Positions 27,535 to 36,643 of a stretch of DNA of 64,000 nucleotides are shown here, in pieces. Source of the stretch: a virus; the IMG/VR virus record IMGVR_UViG_3300037258_000282, positions 32,001-96,000 of that record; one strand, written 5' to 3'. The position numbers and the translations under genes are program-made. Within the stretch, counting starts at the first letter, position 1. Every line of letters starts with the position of its first letter. The notes below the pieces were generated by a model. The model saw nothing but the letters and a program-made list of their open reading frames with translations. It was not told the origin of the DNA and ran no database searches.

Positions 27535-27563
27535 AATATATCACCAACCTACCGCGGTGTCAA
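27535..27563 (-). promoter_or_regulatory. sigma70-like promoter for the gp45-44-62-regA operon
   Basis: TTGACA-17-TATATT. Confidence 0.7.
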
Positions 27564-27564
27564 C

Positions 27565-28005
27565 TCACTTATTTCTAGAACTATATGCGGAGTTTATAAC
27601 TCCGGCGTGGATCGCCCAGGGCCACTTATCGTTGATTAGAGCGGCGGCATCGTCACCATCTAACTCTATCCTATCTGACATAGAGTGCTCTAGAAGTGAG
27701 ATGTAGTGCTCATACCTACTTGAGACATCCACTGGGGCTATAGTAGAGAAGAACTTATTATAGGCATCTTGTATATTATTTGCAGTTGCCGAGCCCTTCA
27801 AACTAGCCTTAGCTACCTTGATGAGTTTTTTCAAAAGTTCCTCGCGATCTTTGTAATACACATTGACGGCAGTATCATACTGCTCAGATCGTAAGGACTG
27901 ATGCTTCTTAAGTTGAAGCAACAGCACGTCCTTGTCATATATCGCCCGGATGTTTAAGTTTCCAGTATCTCGCGTTGAATCGATATGCATCGTGTTACAC
28001 TCCAT
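27565..28005 (-). CDS. hypothetical protein
   Basis: ORF track. Confidence 0.5.
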   Translation of the reverse strand: MECNTMHIDSTRDTGNLNIRAIYDKDVLLLQLKKHQSLRSEQYDTAVNVYYKDREELLKKLIKVAKASLKGSATANNIQDAYNKFFSTIAPVDVSSRYEHYISLLEHSMSDRIELDGDDAAALINDKWPWAIHAGVINSAYSSRNK

Positions 28006-28009
28006 TTCT

Positions 28010-29293
28010 TTAGATTATCTTACCATACGCGGCATGTCCAGCATCCCATAGTCTAGTATATCCTGCCGCGATCATGTTTTCAACTTCGGTCTTATCTTCA
28101 TCAAAATTAGGAAGAGAATTCTTTAACTTATGTTTTTGACATGAGTATCTCGACGCTCTATCCCCAGTAGTCGAGTTAAAGTATTGATAAGACGGACTAG
28201 TCTCTTTAATTAAAGAAAAACCCAGAGTTTCATATACCGCACCGGTGAAGAACCTCCTATCACAGTAGCTGATCATGCTACCAGACACTCTCTTAGAGAT
28301 CTCTGACATCATCTTAGCCGGACCACCAACCACAGTAGTTCCGATCGCACTAGCAAGTCTTAGAAGTTCTAGGTCAAATCTCTTATTAAACCTAGGTCTT
28401 CCAACCGTCATCACGGATACTAAACTTTTCTTATGGAGAAGTCCGACTGCTAGAGAGTGTCCCACACTTCCCTGTACGTGATTCTCCTCCAAAAAGTTAC
28501 TCGCCACTCTCTTGTCTAATACCTCTATCTCACACTCTCTAGCCCATATCCTAGAGTTACGCCCCAGTGATGAAGTGATAATAGACTTAATCTTATCAAA
28601 GTTTTCGTCTATCTCATAGTCATATGGCTGAAGTAGTCTTATTCCTAACTCTCTGCACTTAAAAAACTTATCTCTATGATAGAACTTAAATTCATCACCA
28701 GAGTGCCAGTAGGCCCCATTTACCTCTATAGCTAACTTATTCGACCCAACGTATATGTCCAACTCTTTTGGAGAGATTATAGTCCTATCGTTAGTAGAAT
28801 ACTCTACTCCAATTGACGAGAGTAGGTCTCTAATCTTTCTCTCATATCTAGACTCAACTCTACTCTTATCTAACTCTATCTCGTTGAGATGCATGTACCT
28901 CTCAATGCAAGTTCTCTTCACTCCCAGAACGGTTCCTATCTCGGAGCAAGATAGACCACTACCATGGTATAGCTCTTGAAGCTGAGACCTCGAGAAATTT
29001 TTCTTTCTAAGAGATGAATTGTGTGTCACTCCGTATCTCTCGAGTAAAGTTCTAGAGCTCTTCTCTCTTACGGCGTCGACCTCAAATGCCGACCTAAACC
29101 CATGCCTCGCCGCGGTAGTATTCATTCTCTGATGAGAGTTATTCCAACTCTCATCCCCATGGCGTCGGAGTGAGGTCTCCCTCCTCTTAGATATCGTATC
29201 AGGATGCCTCATTGAGCATGAGGTAGAGCAAAACTTACTTGAGGTTCTACCATTAAGCTCCACGTCGCACGTGAGGCATCGCTTAAGTGGCAA
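28010..29293 (-). CDS. free-standing Hef/Vsr-like homing endonuclease with an extra C-terminal domain
   Basis: CxxC..FCSxxC Zn motif; ELDIY...LAIEVNGAYWHS; paralog of 47503..48897. Confidence 0.7.
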   Translation of the reverse strand: MPLKRCLTCDVELNGRTSSKFCSTSCSMRHPDTISKRRETSLRRHGDESWNNSHQRMNTTAARHGFRSAFEVDAVREKSSRTLLERYGVTHNSSLRKKNFSRSQLQELYHGSGLSCSEIGTVLGVKRTCIERYMHLNEIELDKSRVESRYERKIRDLLSSIGVEYSTNDRTIISPKELDIYVGSNKLAIEVNGAYWHSGDEFKFYHRDKFFKCRELGIRLLQPYDYEIDENFDKIKSIITSSLGRNSRIWARECEIEVLDKRVASNFLEENHVQGSVGHSLAVGLLHKKSLVSVMTVGRPRFNKRFDLELLRLASAIGTTVVGGPAKMMSEISKRVSGSMISYCDRRFFTGAVYETLGFSLIKETSPSYQYFNSTTGDRASRYSCQKHKLKNSLPNFDEDKTEVENMIAAGYTRLWDAGHAAYGKII

Positions 29294-30407
29294 GTCCCGC
29301 GCTCTTCTTGTTCTTCTTAGCCCTGCGAGCCAACTTCTCCTGCTGCTTTGATGGTACAGCCGCGGAGTCGATCTTGTCTGGAACCGGCAGCTTGTTCAGC
29401 TTCGATGGGTCGGCGGTAGCGGCGGCGCCGATCGCGGCCAGGTCAGCGAGAGAGCCACCGAAGATATACGTACCGACGTGACTCATCTGCATCCACGGGC
29501 AGAGCCAGGTCTTGAGCCCGATCGCGTGTGCTTTCTGACAAAACCAATAATCTTCAGACAGATATCTCTTCGTCGACGCCTCTCGTCGCATATTGAAGTT
29601 CTTTATCATGTCATATATGACTGAACCAACGGACGACTCAGGAGCATCCGAACCTACTGGAAATTGTAGATACTCTTCGATCTGATTCTTAAGTTCGAGA
29701 GGATCTGGAACGTCCATCTCGGCCTGAAAGAACTGCATGATAGGACGCGAGCCATCGAAGTGCTGAGTCCTAACGTGATCCGGCCTATAGAAGTACTGCG
29801 GATAGCTCTCGCAGAACTTATCCATGGCCTCGCGCTTCATCATCATGAAGCCAGTTCCGATCTCAAGTACTTCAGCGGGCTCCGAGATGAGTATATTTCC
29901 AGTTCCACCCTTGGGATTAAAGACGTAGTCACCCACGAACTTCTCTAGAGTCTGCGGGTCTTTATCTGCGAATCCCTTATCTACCGCGGTCTTGATCTTC
30001 TCCCAGGAGATACACTTCTTCGGGTATGGTCCTCCGACGATATCATAGTCATTGCCCTCCATATTCTGAAGAGCCATGAGGGCCAGAACGTCCTGCGGGT
30101 TGAAGCCGATATCGGCGTCGATGAACATCATGTGACCAAACGGGCGCTTCTCAACTTCAACACCCTCTTGGTTCTGGACGTTGATCGTCATGCGCATGAA
30201 CTCATCGCAGCAGTAGTTTCGCGCACGAGGAATAAGCGACTCGTTGAACAAGAAGTGAAACACCAGAGGTATGTTGTAGTGCTTAAACATCGCGGACATA
30301 TCGGCGCATGATTTAGCAAATATTCCAGAACACATTCCACCATACATAGGCGTGGATACGAACAGGCCTCTCTTCTGAAGCTTACTAATATCTAGAGGTA
30401 TCTGCAA
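29283..30407 (-). CDS. GT-A fold glycosyltransferase-like protein
   Basis: ESLIPRARN, FIDADI (DxD), GTGFMM, LSEDYWFC. Confidence 0.7.
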   Translation of the reverse strand: MQIPLDISKLQKRGLFVSTPMYGGMCSGIFAKSCADMSAMFKHYNIPLVFHFLFNESLIPRARNYCCDEFMRMTINVQNQEGVEVEKRPFGHMMFIDADIGFNPQDVLALMALQNMEGNDYDIVGGPYPKKCISWEKIKTAVDKGFADKDPQTLEKFVGDYVFNPKGGTGNILISEPAEVLEIGTGFMMMKREAMDKFCESYPQYFYRPDHVRTQHFDGSRPIMQFFQAEMDVPDPLELKNQIEEYLQFPVGSDAPESSVGSVIYDMIKNFNMRREASTKRYLSEDYWFCQKAHAIGLKTWLCPWMQMSHVGTYIFGGSLADLAAIGAAATADPSKLNKLPVPDKIDSAAVPSKQQEKLARRAKKNKKSAGLAT

Positions 30408-30410
30408 GGC

Positions 30411-30707
30411 TTACTTTACTCCCTTATTCTGGCTGAGCTCCATCGCGTGTAGAGCGAATAGTATGAAATGCATCGCCTTGAAGGCGTCTTTTCGAGCGGC
30501 CGCGTAATCGCCCTTTTTTCCCAATCTCCAGAGATACTTCATGGCAGTATCCCTCGAGCTAGTAACGGCAGATCCGAGAGCTATCCAGGCGTCCATGCAC
30601 TGAATCGCGTCTCCAGAACTATCTGTAGAATAATGCTCAGAATAAGTAGAGTCTACGATGGCCTTAAGCTGAGCTATCGTCTGATCTTCAGAGTACCTAT
30701 AGTTCAT
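30411..30707 (-). CDS. DUF3310-like protein
   Basis: HY....IQCMD...KYLWRLGKK....DAFKA. Confidence 0.6.
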   Translation of the reverse strand: MNYRYSEDQTIAQLKAIVDSTYSEHYSTDSSGDAIQCMDAWIALGSAVTSSRDTAMKYLWRLGKKGDYAAARKDAFKAMHFILFALHAMELSQNKGVK

Positions 30708-31906
30708 AAAAATATCTCCAAGTTGGATTTTATATCATCCATATCATCAAGTGACTTACTCGCGTTATGCTGGAACACGTAACTTGAGTTGATCATGTTA
30801 CGACGACCCTCTAGATAAGCCCTCACTTCTAGAGCCATATCTCTCGCGGTACTCACCGGAACATTTTGACAGATATGATTCACTGACTTTTCTGGGTCGA
30901 GCAGTTCAAAATCCAATGGTAAGTTCATTATGGTCATCGCCTCGCGATAGCTGATGTACCTATCTTGGTGGGGATGAGTCAGCATAGTTGGATAGTGTCC
31001 CACGAAGGCGCCTATGTGCCCCTTAGGTACGATGGTTCCTCGCCTCATTATGGAACCACCGGCCTGGAGTTTCTCATGCCTCCGAAGGCACCTGTCGCGC
31101 TCCTTGGGATATCCATTAGATCCCATCCACTCGGCTATCTCTGGATACGCGTGAGTCTTCTCTATGAATGAGACGATATCGTTGTTTCGTATTTTTGCGG
31201 ATGGAACTAGGTTGAAGAACTCTAGATGAGATATACCACCGTACATGTGCTCCAGAACAAACCGATAGTATGGATCTCTAGATGGGATCTTCCCATTGAT
31301 AGGGGTTGTCTGAAAGTTTGATCTACCGGCGGAAAGTATGGTATCCTCGATCTTCTCATGCTCTCGACTGAAGTACGACAGCTCCGGGCAGCGATCGCCC
31401 TTCCAAAAGAAGAAGAAAGCTCGAGAGCGAACTTGCGGCATCCCATGTAGTATAGACTTGGTCGAGTATACGGACATCGCGTAGCCGGCATCGTGAGCTA
31501 TCGCCCGCATACGCTCTCTGATGTCTTTACCGATATTTCCCGCGAATCCCGGCGCGTTCTCTCCCCAGAATACCTCTGGACTCATCTCAGTCAAGACATA
31601 CTGAGTCGTCTTAATCAACCACTTGTTGTTTTGATTGCTAGTTCCATATCCATGAGACAACTGAGATAAACCGGCGCATGGACACACGCTTCCAACGACG
31701 TCGAGCTTACTCGGCTTACCCCCGTCATCTAGAACGACGTATGGTACTTTAGCTCCCAGATTTTTCTCATAGTAGTTGATGAGATGCCTGTCGTTACCAT
31801 AAAATGGCTTGAACGATATAAGCTCTTCGGATAGTCTTCCGAAAGCCATATCGGAGCCCAGCGTCAGCCCACCTATAAGAGGAATTATGGTGCCGTGCTT
31901 AATCAT
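30704..31906 (-). CDS. divergent DNA cytosine-C5 methyltransferase-like protein
   Basis: CPCAGLS (motif IV), GENAP (VI), PQVRSR (VIII), RYISYREA (IX), QNVP (X); atypical motif I PLIGG. Confidence 0.7.
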   Translation of the reverse strand: MIKHGTIIPLIGGLTLGSDMAFGRLSEELISFKPFYGNDRHLINYYEKNLGAKVPYVVLDDGGKPSKLDVVGSVCPCAGLSQLSHGYGTSNQNNKWLIKTTQYVLTEMSPEVFWGENAPGFAGNIGKDIRERMRAIAHDAGYAMSVYSTKSILHGMPQVRSRAFFFFWKGDRCPELSYFSREHEKIEDTILSAGRSNFQTTPINGKIPSRDPYYRFVLEHMYGGISHLEFFNLVPSAKIRNNDIVSFIEKTHAYPEIAEWMGSNGYPKERDRCLRRHEKLQAGGSIMRRGTIVPKGHIGAFVGHYPTMLTHPHQDRYISYREAMTIMNLPLDFELLDPEKSVNHICQNVPVSTARDMALEVRAYLEGRRNMINSSYVFQHNASKSLDDMDDIKSNLEIFL

Positions 31907-33377
31907 TAAAAAATGTACTCAAATCTGCCCTATCCATCACTTTGGAAAGATCCATTACTGTAGTTCTCTTCTTTCCCTCAAAGACCGAAAAGATCTTATC
32001 ACTAAACTGCTTAAAGCCTACGGCCGGAACCTGACCATTTGATATTAAGCTCTCCCATTTAGCGGTCACTAAGCCACCGGCCGTCTGACCATAAACGTGG
32101 TCTAGAAAGTCCCTGACGCCATTAAACTTACCTGGGTCCTTACCGATCCTGACGATATCATCGAGCATCGTCGGAAGATTGATGTTGGAGTTGAACTCAC
32201 TCTTTATGAATGCTAATCCCGACTCCCTATATTTATCCTGCTCTGATGTATTATCGGCGATATCTACCAACTTTTCTGCAGTAGCGCGAAGATCACTCTT
32301 ATCAGACCAAATAGCAAGGTGGTCTATAGAGTCGTATGTCACTCCAGAAGATGACATATTATGCGCTCCATAGTGGGAGTCAAATACTGGAATCGACCCA
32401 CACGCTATCATTTCAATTTGAGTATTCTCCATGCGATCACCATAGTTCTCTGGCTGCTTTGGAAGCCTAAAGAAAGACGCGCAAAATAGAGATTCCGCTA
32501 TATATCTCATTCCATTGGAATGAGTATACGGGCCAAATACCGGAACTTTGGGTGGATTAAAGTCGTAGTCTCCATCAAACTTTAAGGAATAGACCGTATT
32601 ATGGTGTCCCCAGTCTTCTGGAGGAGGGCCGCCTTTATAGGACGCTATGGGGCCGCCGACGATGTCAGCCTTGGCTCCAATAGACTTCTCTATGCCATGA
32701 ATCAAGCACTGGAACTTAGGGTCTATCTCGAATAAGTGATCTGCTAGGTCTAGCACTCTTCTAGGATCTTTCATCGTCGACCATCGCCCGACGTACGTCA
32801 GCCTCTTAGCCTTATCAGCGAGCTTAACTGAGTCAAAATACTTTTCCTTGAGACCATCTACGTCGGTCCATATCTTAAACCTGCGGACGCGATCTCCCAC
32901 TACCTTTGACGGAAGTATCTTTGTGATATTTTGAGCGAACCAGACTTTCTCAGAGAAGACATATATCAAGTCTGACTCATTGAGGATGGGAAGCCACAGT
33001 GGAAAACAGTCGATGTTTGGCTGAATTATCTCGTTCATCACCGAGACGACTATAGCTTGGGACGCCGATAGTGATCGAACAAGATCGTAGTAGAACGAGA
33101 TTGAGGTAGACGCAAGATGCTTAAATGATGGTATCGACTGTAGGATGACGACATCATACTCTGTCAGTCTCTTCGCTACGGTCTTCATTTCTGATGGCTT
33201 GAATCTCACTACCGTACCGGAAAATGGATGTCCTGATGCCCTGGCGAACGAGCGCTCGACCAATTCAAACACGTCGAACTGCATTCCGACTCTGATAGCC
33301 CAATTTTGAAACTCAACGCCGGACCGCTGAACTCCACATCCATCAAACCCCTTTCCAAATACCATAGCAATCTTCAT
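31899..33377 (-). CDS. DNA alpha-glucosyltransferase homolog (T4 agt-like)
   Basis: MKIAMVFGKGFDGCGV, SFARASGH, YVGRWSTMKD, ENTQIEMIACGSIPVF match recalled T4 AGT motifs. Confidence 0.75.
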   Translation of the reverse strand: MKIAMVFGKGFDGCGVQRSGVEFQNWAIRVGMQFDVFELVERSFARASGHPFSGTVVRFKPSEMKTVAKRLTEYDVVILQSIPSFKHLASTSISFYYDLVRSLSASQAIVVSVMNEIIQPNIDCFPLWLPILNESDLIYVFSEKVWFAQNITKILPSKVVGDRVRRFKIWTDVDGLKEKYFDSVKLADKAKRLTYVGRWSTMKDPRRVLDLADHLFEIDPKFQCLIHGIEKSIGAKADIVGGPIASYKGGPPPEDWGHHNTVYSLKFDGDYDFNPPKVPVFGPYTHSNGMRYIAESLFCASFFRLPKQPENYGDRMENTQIEMIACGSIPVFDSHYGAHNMSSSGVTYDSIDHLAIWSDKSDLRATAEKLVDIADNTSEQDKYRESGLAFIKSEFNSNINLPTMLDDIVRIGKDPGKFNGVRDFLDHVYGQTAGGLVTAKWESLISNGQVPAVGFKQFSDKIFSVFEGKKRTTVMDLSKVMDRADLSTFFND

Positions 33378-33446
33378 CGCTCGCTCTCCATCCATTCCTG
33401 ATAAAGTTCACACGTCATATGAAGCGAAGTCATCATCTATATAACA

Positions 33447-33902
33447 TTAGTCGATGTTATCCTTCGCTCGACACACTCGATCTCTCAACTCCGACGATGA
33501 AAATGGATGCTTTCTCGAGTTAAACTCAATCGGACATAGATCGGCGCCTGTCGTCACGGACCCGAGATACTCCTCTCCAACGATCCTAACGTCCGGCTGT
33601 ATCATGAGTATCATATTCTCGAGATCTCTCTCATCACTGAAAGGAATGATCTCATCTACGTACTTACACCCGGCTACCTGAACGTACCTCTCCATCATAG
33701 ATTGAACCGGCGCATTCTTGGTCTCCGGCCTATCTATGGTCGGATCTACCAAGAGCCCTACTACAAGATAATCGCACTTCTCCTTGGCCTGCTGAAGCAT
33801 CATGACGTGCCCGGCGTGAAACAGATCGAATATCGACGACGTCAGACCTACGATAGGCTTTCTACCAAGAGCGGCCTCAAGTTTTTTCTTATCAAGAAAT
33901 AT
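33447..33902 (-). CDS. glycerol-3-phosphate cytidylyltransferase-like (TagD family); probable ATA start
   Basis: FDLFHAGH lies upstream of the first ATG; CDYLVVGL, YVDEIIP, SSSELR; AGGAG SD 6 nt before ATA at 33902. Confidence 0.75.
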   Translation of the reverse strand: MFLDKKKLEAALGRKPIVGLTSSIFDLFHAGHVMMLQQAKEKCDYLVVGLLVDPTIDRPETKNAPVQSMMERYVQVAGCKYVDEIIPFSDERDLENMILMIQPDVRIVGEEYLGSVTTGADLCPIEFNSRKHPFSSSELRDRVCRAKDNID

Positions 33903-35097
33903 CTAACTCTCCTGTGAGTGAGAATTTATTCGTACATATCTTATGCGCGTAGACCAACCGGCGAATGGCGCAATATACTAGAGTAAGCTCCTCGACATTC
34001 TGACTGGAAGCATCAGAAGCGATAGCTCTCAACTTATACTTTATCATCCTGACTAGGTGTAGTACGGTAAGCATAACCAATAGTGGTGACGTTAAGCCAT
34101 CATTAGCCAATATATTCAGGCAGATATACTTATTATGGACAGGCCTGTAGTCGCTTCCAAGTCTCCACTCCTCATATCCTATGCATGACTGCAGTATCTT
34201 ACTAAAGTCAAGTAGATAAGAAGAGTATAGTCCGGGAGGAGAATTAGGATCTATATAGCACAACTCATCACTTTGTGTGACTATAACATTTCCAAACGTA
34301 AGGTCTCCGTGACACATCGACCTATTATCGTTCATCACTTCATGAGTTTTGAGATCATTGATCCAGTCCCAGATGTATTCCCTCTCTGGAACATCACTGA
34401 ACGCGAAGTGATCGCCGATCCTGGAGACCATCGTTTCCCAGAGAGGAATATCGCTCAAGTAGTTCGATGAGCAGTTCCTAACCGAAGAGATAAGCTCCAA
34501 CATGAGTCTCTCTATCCTAGAGTGATACTCAGTTGTTACGATCTCCTCGTTGAGAGACCTTCCCTCGACGTACTCCATATCTAAGGTATCGCCAAAGAAA
34601 GCATTTACTCTCGGCGACTTATAGAAGAAATTATTTTCTTTACGAAGCCTCGCGGCGGTCTTATACCAATCATACTGATGCCTAAGGTCTGGTCCAAACT
34701 TCAGGACTCTGTCACCAAACCTAGTTATCTTTGCGCCGGAACCACCTGAGAAATTTTCAGTCTTCATAGACACTAATTCGTCGGGTCGAATAGCCTTATC
34801 ATCAACGTAGTAGACTGCCAGTGGCTTTCCAAACTTAAGAGTGGTGTACTTAACGTCGTGTACTGACAACCACGCCTCAAGTATCGGCCTATTGTACTTC
34901 TCGATAGCCTGAATGTCCCCGTCGAACGTATACATGCCCCTAGCCGTATATAGGACTATATTTACTCCGGCGTCGTATAATTCGTTTATCCTCTGAATGA
35001 CGTCAGTCTTGGGTATCGCGTTAGCGTAGTCGCGGTGGTCTACAGTCGTCGATATAGTGTCATCGACATCGACTACTACAGTTACTGGAGCCATCAT
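33892..35097 (-). CDS. HAD phosphatase fused to an APH/choline-kinase-like phosphotransferase
   Basis: DVDDTI, YTARG, GKP..YYVDDK; CHGDLTFGN, YIDP. Confidence 0.75.
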   Translation of the reverse strand: MMAPVTVVVDVDDTISTTVDHRDYANAIPKTDVIQRINELYDAGVNIVLYTARGMYTFDGDIQAIEKYNRPILEAWLSVHDVKYTTLKFGKPLAVYYVDDKAIRPDELVSMKTENFSGGSGAKITRFGDRVLKFGPDLRHQYDWYKTAARLRKENNFFYKSPRVNAFFGDTLDMEYVEGRSLNEEIVTTEYHSRIERLMLELISSVRNCSSNYLSDIPLWETMVSRIGDHFAFSDVPEREYIWDWINDLKTHEVMNDNRSMCHGDLTFGNVIVTQSDELCYIDPNSPPGLYSSYLLDFSKILQSCIGYEEWRLGSDYRPVHNKYICLNILANDGLTSPLLVMLTVLHLVRMIKYKLRAIASDASSQNVEELTLVYCAIRRLVYAHKICTNKFSLTGELDIS

Positions 35098-35449
35098 CTA
35101 AAAATTCCCTGCACTTAGACAGTTGGTTTGCTATATACTTTTCATCGTTTATCTGTCTATTGAGACCAGATGGATGTGGAAGCTTGAAGTGTGATATATT
35201 TATGCGGGATAGACAATCGGATGCTAGATTTCCTAAGCATATTATATGACTGTGGCGCGCGACAAGCGAGAGAAGTCTCGTGAAGTCGACGTCGGACAAG
35301 CGAAACTTTCCAGAAACCAGCGAGCAGTTGGTAAAATTAAACTGCTCTACGCCGATAGACGCCATCCAGGCGTGCAGTCTGTATATAGTAGAGTTAACAG
35401 ACCTCGGATTACTTGTTCCTGGATTCTGCCCCACCACTAGTATAGTCAT
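35060..35449 (-). CDS. uracil-DNA glycosylase superfamily-like protein
   Basis: VVGQNP, CLGN.A, LPHPSGLNR. Confidence 0.6.
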   Translation of the reverse strand: MTILVVGQNPGTSNPRSVNSTIYRLHAWMASIGVEQFNFTNCSLVSGKFRLSDVDFTRLLSLVARHSHIICLGNLASDCLSRINISHFKLPHPSGLNRQINDEKYIANQLSKCREFLDDGSSNCSSRCR

Positions 35450-35909
35450 CGATGTGAAACACCATGCAAGATACACCGGACTCACTCAACATCTCGATGG
35501 CAAGCTCTGATGAATCTCTCCACTTGTCTGATATACTGCCTTGATAATTCATAACTACGCGCTTAATACCCACCTGTATGACCGCCTTAGCGCACTCGTG
35601 ACACACCGGAAGCCCATGGACGTAGAGATCGGCTCCGTCGAGAGACTGTCCCGTGAAACACGCGTTGTAGATGCAGTTCTGCTCGGCGTGTATGATATAT
35701 TGGTACTTAACCGCGCGATCATTAAGCCTCTGCTCAGTGTCCTTGAGACCTCTAGGAATACCATTATATCCAGACGATAGAAACTGCTTTCGATCTGGCC
35801 TGACTGCGACGCACCCTACCTTGGTCGACGGGTCCTTGGACATCTTAGACCAATTCTTGGCCTCTGAGAGAAAGTGATTATCCCACCTATTGATTATCAC
35901 TTGACCCAC
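35409..35909 (-). CDS. cd: dCMP deaminase
   Basis: SKDPSTKVG, GYNG, HAEQN, PVCHEC. Confidence 0.9.
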   Translation of the reverse strand: MGQVIINRWDNHFLSEAKNWSKMSKDPSTKVGCVAVRPDRKQFLSSGYNGIPRGLKDTEQRLNDRAVKYQYIIHAEQNCIYNACFTGQSLDGADLYVHGLPVCHECAKAVIQVGIKRVVMNYQGSISDKWRDSSELAIEMLSESGVSCMVFHIDDYTSGGAESRNK

Positions 35910-36643
35910 TCCGACGTAGGATACGCGATCCTATAATCGGTCTTAGGTATAGTGTAATATCCAGTCATATCGTAGTGATGCAGTAGGTAGAAGTCTCTCT
36001 CATAGACGTGAAGTGATCCTACCTGCCAGATCAAGTCACCAAGCGAGTAGTTATTTGACTTAAAATTATAATTTAGATCGGCCAGGAGCTTTCTCCGGAC
36101 GTGGTCCTGCCAGGCTCTGTCGTTTCTATACCCGAACGTGACGTCGTTAGACCTCATATTGACGATGGTGTGAAGCATATTTTCTCTGATGAGATACTGT
36201 ACAGTATTCGTGCAGATAAAGTCTGACATACCGTCCCAGTTGTAGTCCTCCCATATCTCAGGACGAGTATATATGGCGATGGCTCTTCTAGAATCTGGAC
36301 TGTTGATAAGCTCAGTCAGTACGTTGTCATACTGACAAAAATTTTCTCTAGAATAGAGAAGATACCCATAGTTCGAGTTGATCTTTCCATCGGAGCTCGC
36401 GACCTTCTTCCATATCTCAGGTACCTTACCAGGGATATCTGCGACGAATAGAGACTGATTCTCGTACCACTCGATCTCCCTCTCGATATACTCAGCATTT
36501 GGAGCGCCGAAGATCGTGATGTCGGAGGCCGAGAAGGAGTAGCCGATCAACTCAACTACTCTGCCGCCGGACTTATCGACTACGAACTTTTCGTCAACTA
36601 ACTTACGAGAGAGATCTTGACGAACGTTCCATATATTATTCAT
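35897..36643 (-). CDS. 42: dCMP hydroxymethyltransferase, T4 gp42-like
   Basis: INSNYG, SDFICTNTVQYLIR, MRSNDVTFGYRND (Asp specificity residue), VGSLHVYER. Confidence 0.88.
   Translation of the reverse strand: MNNIWNVRQDLSRKLVDEKFVVDKSGGRVVELIGYSFSASDITIFGAPNAEYIEREIEWYENQSLFVADIPGKVPEIWKKVASSDGKINSNYGYLLYSRENFCQYDNVLTELINSPDSRRAIAIYTRPEIWEDYNWDGMSDFICTNTVQYLIRENMLHTIVNMRSNDVTFGYRNDRAWQDHVRRKLLADLNYNFKSNNYSLGDLIWQVGSLHVYERDFYLLHHYDMTGYYTIPKTDYRIAYPTSEWVK

Noticed and set aside
35897-36643. ThyA thymidylate synthase
   Set aside because: Motifs (DFICTN, FGYRND) match dCMP hydroxymethylase, and ThyX is present separately
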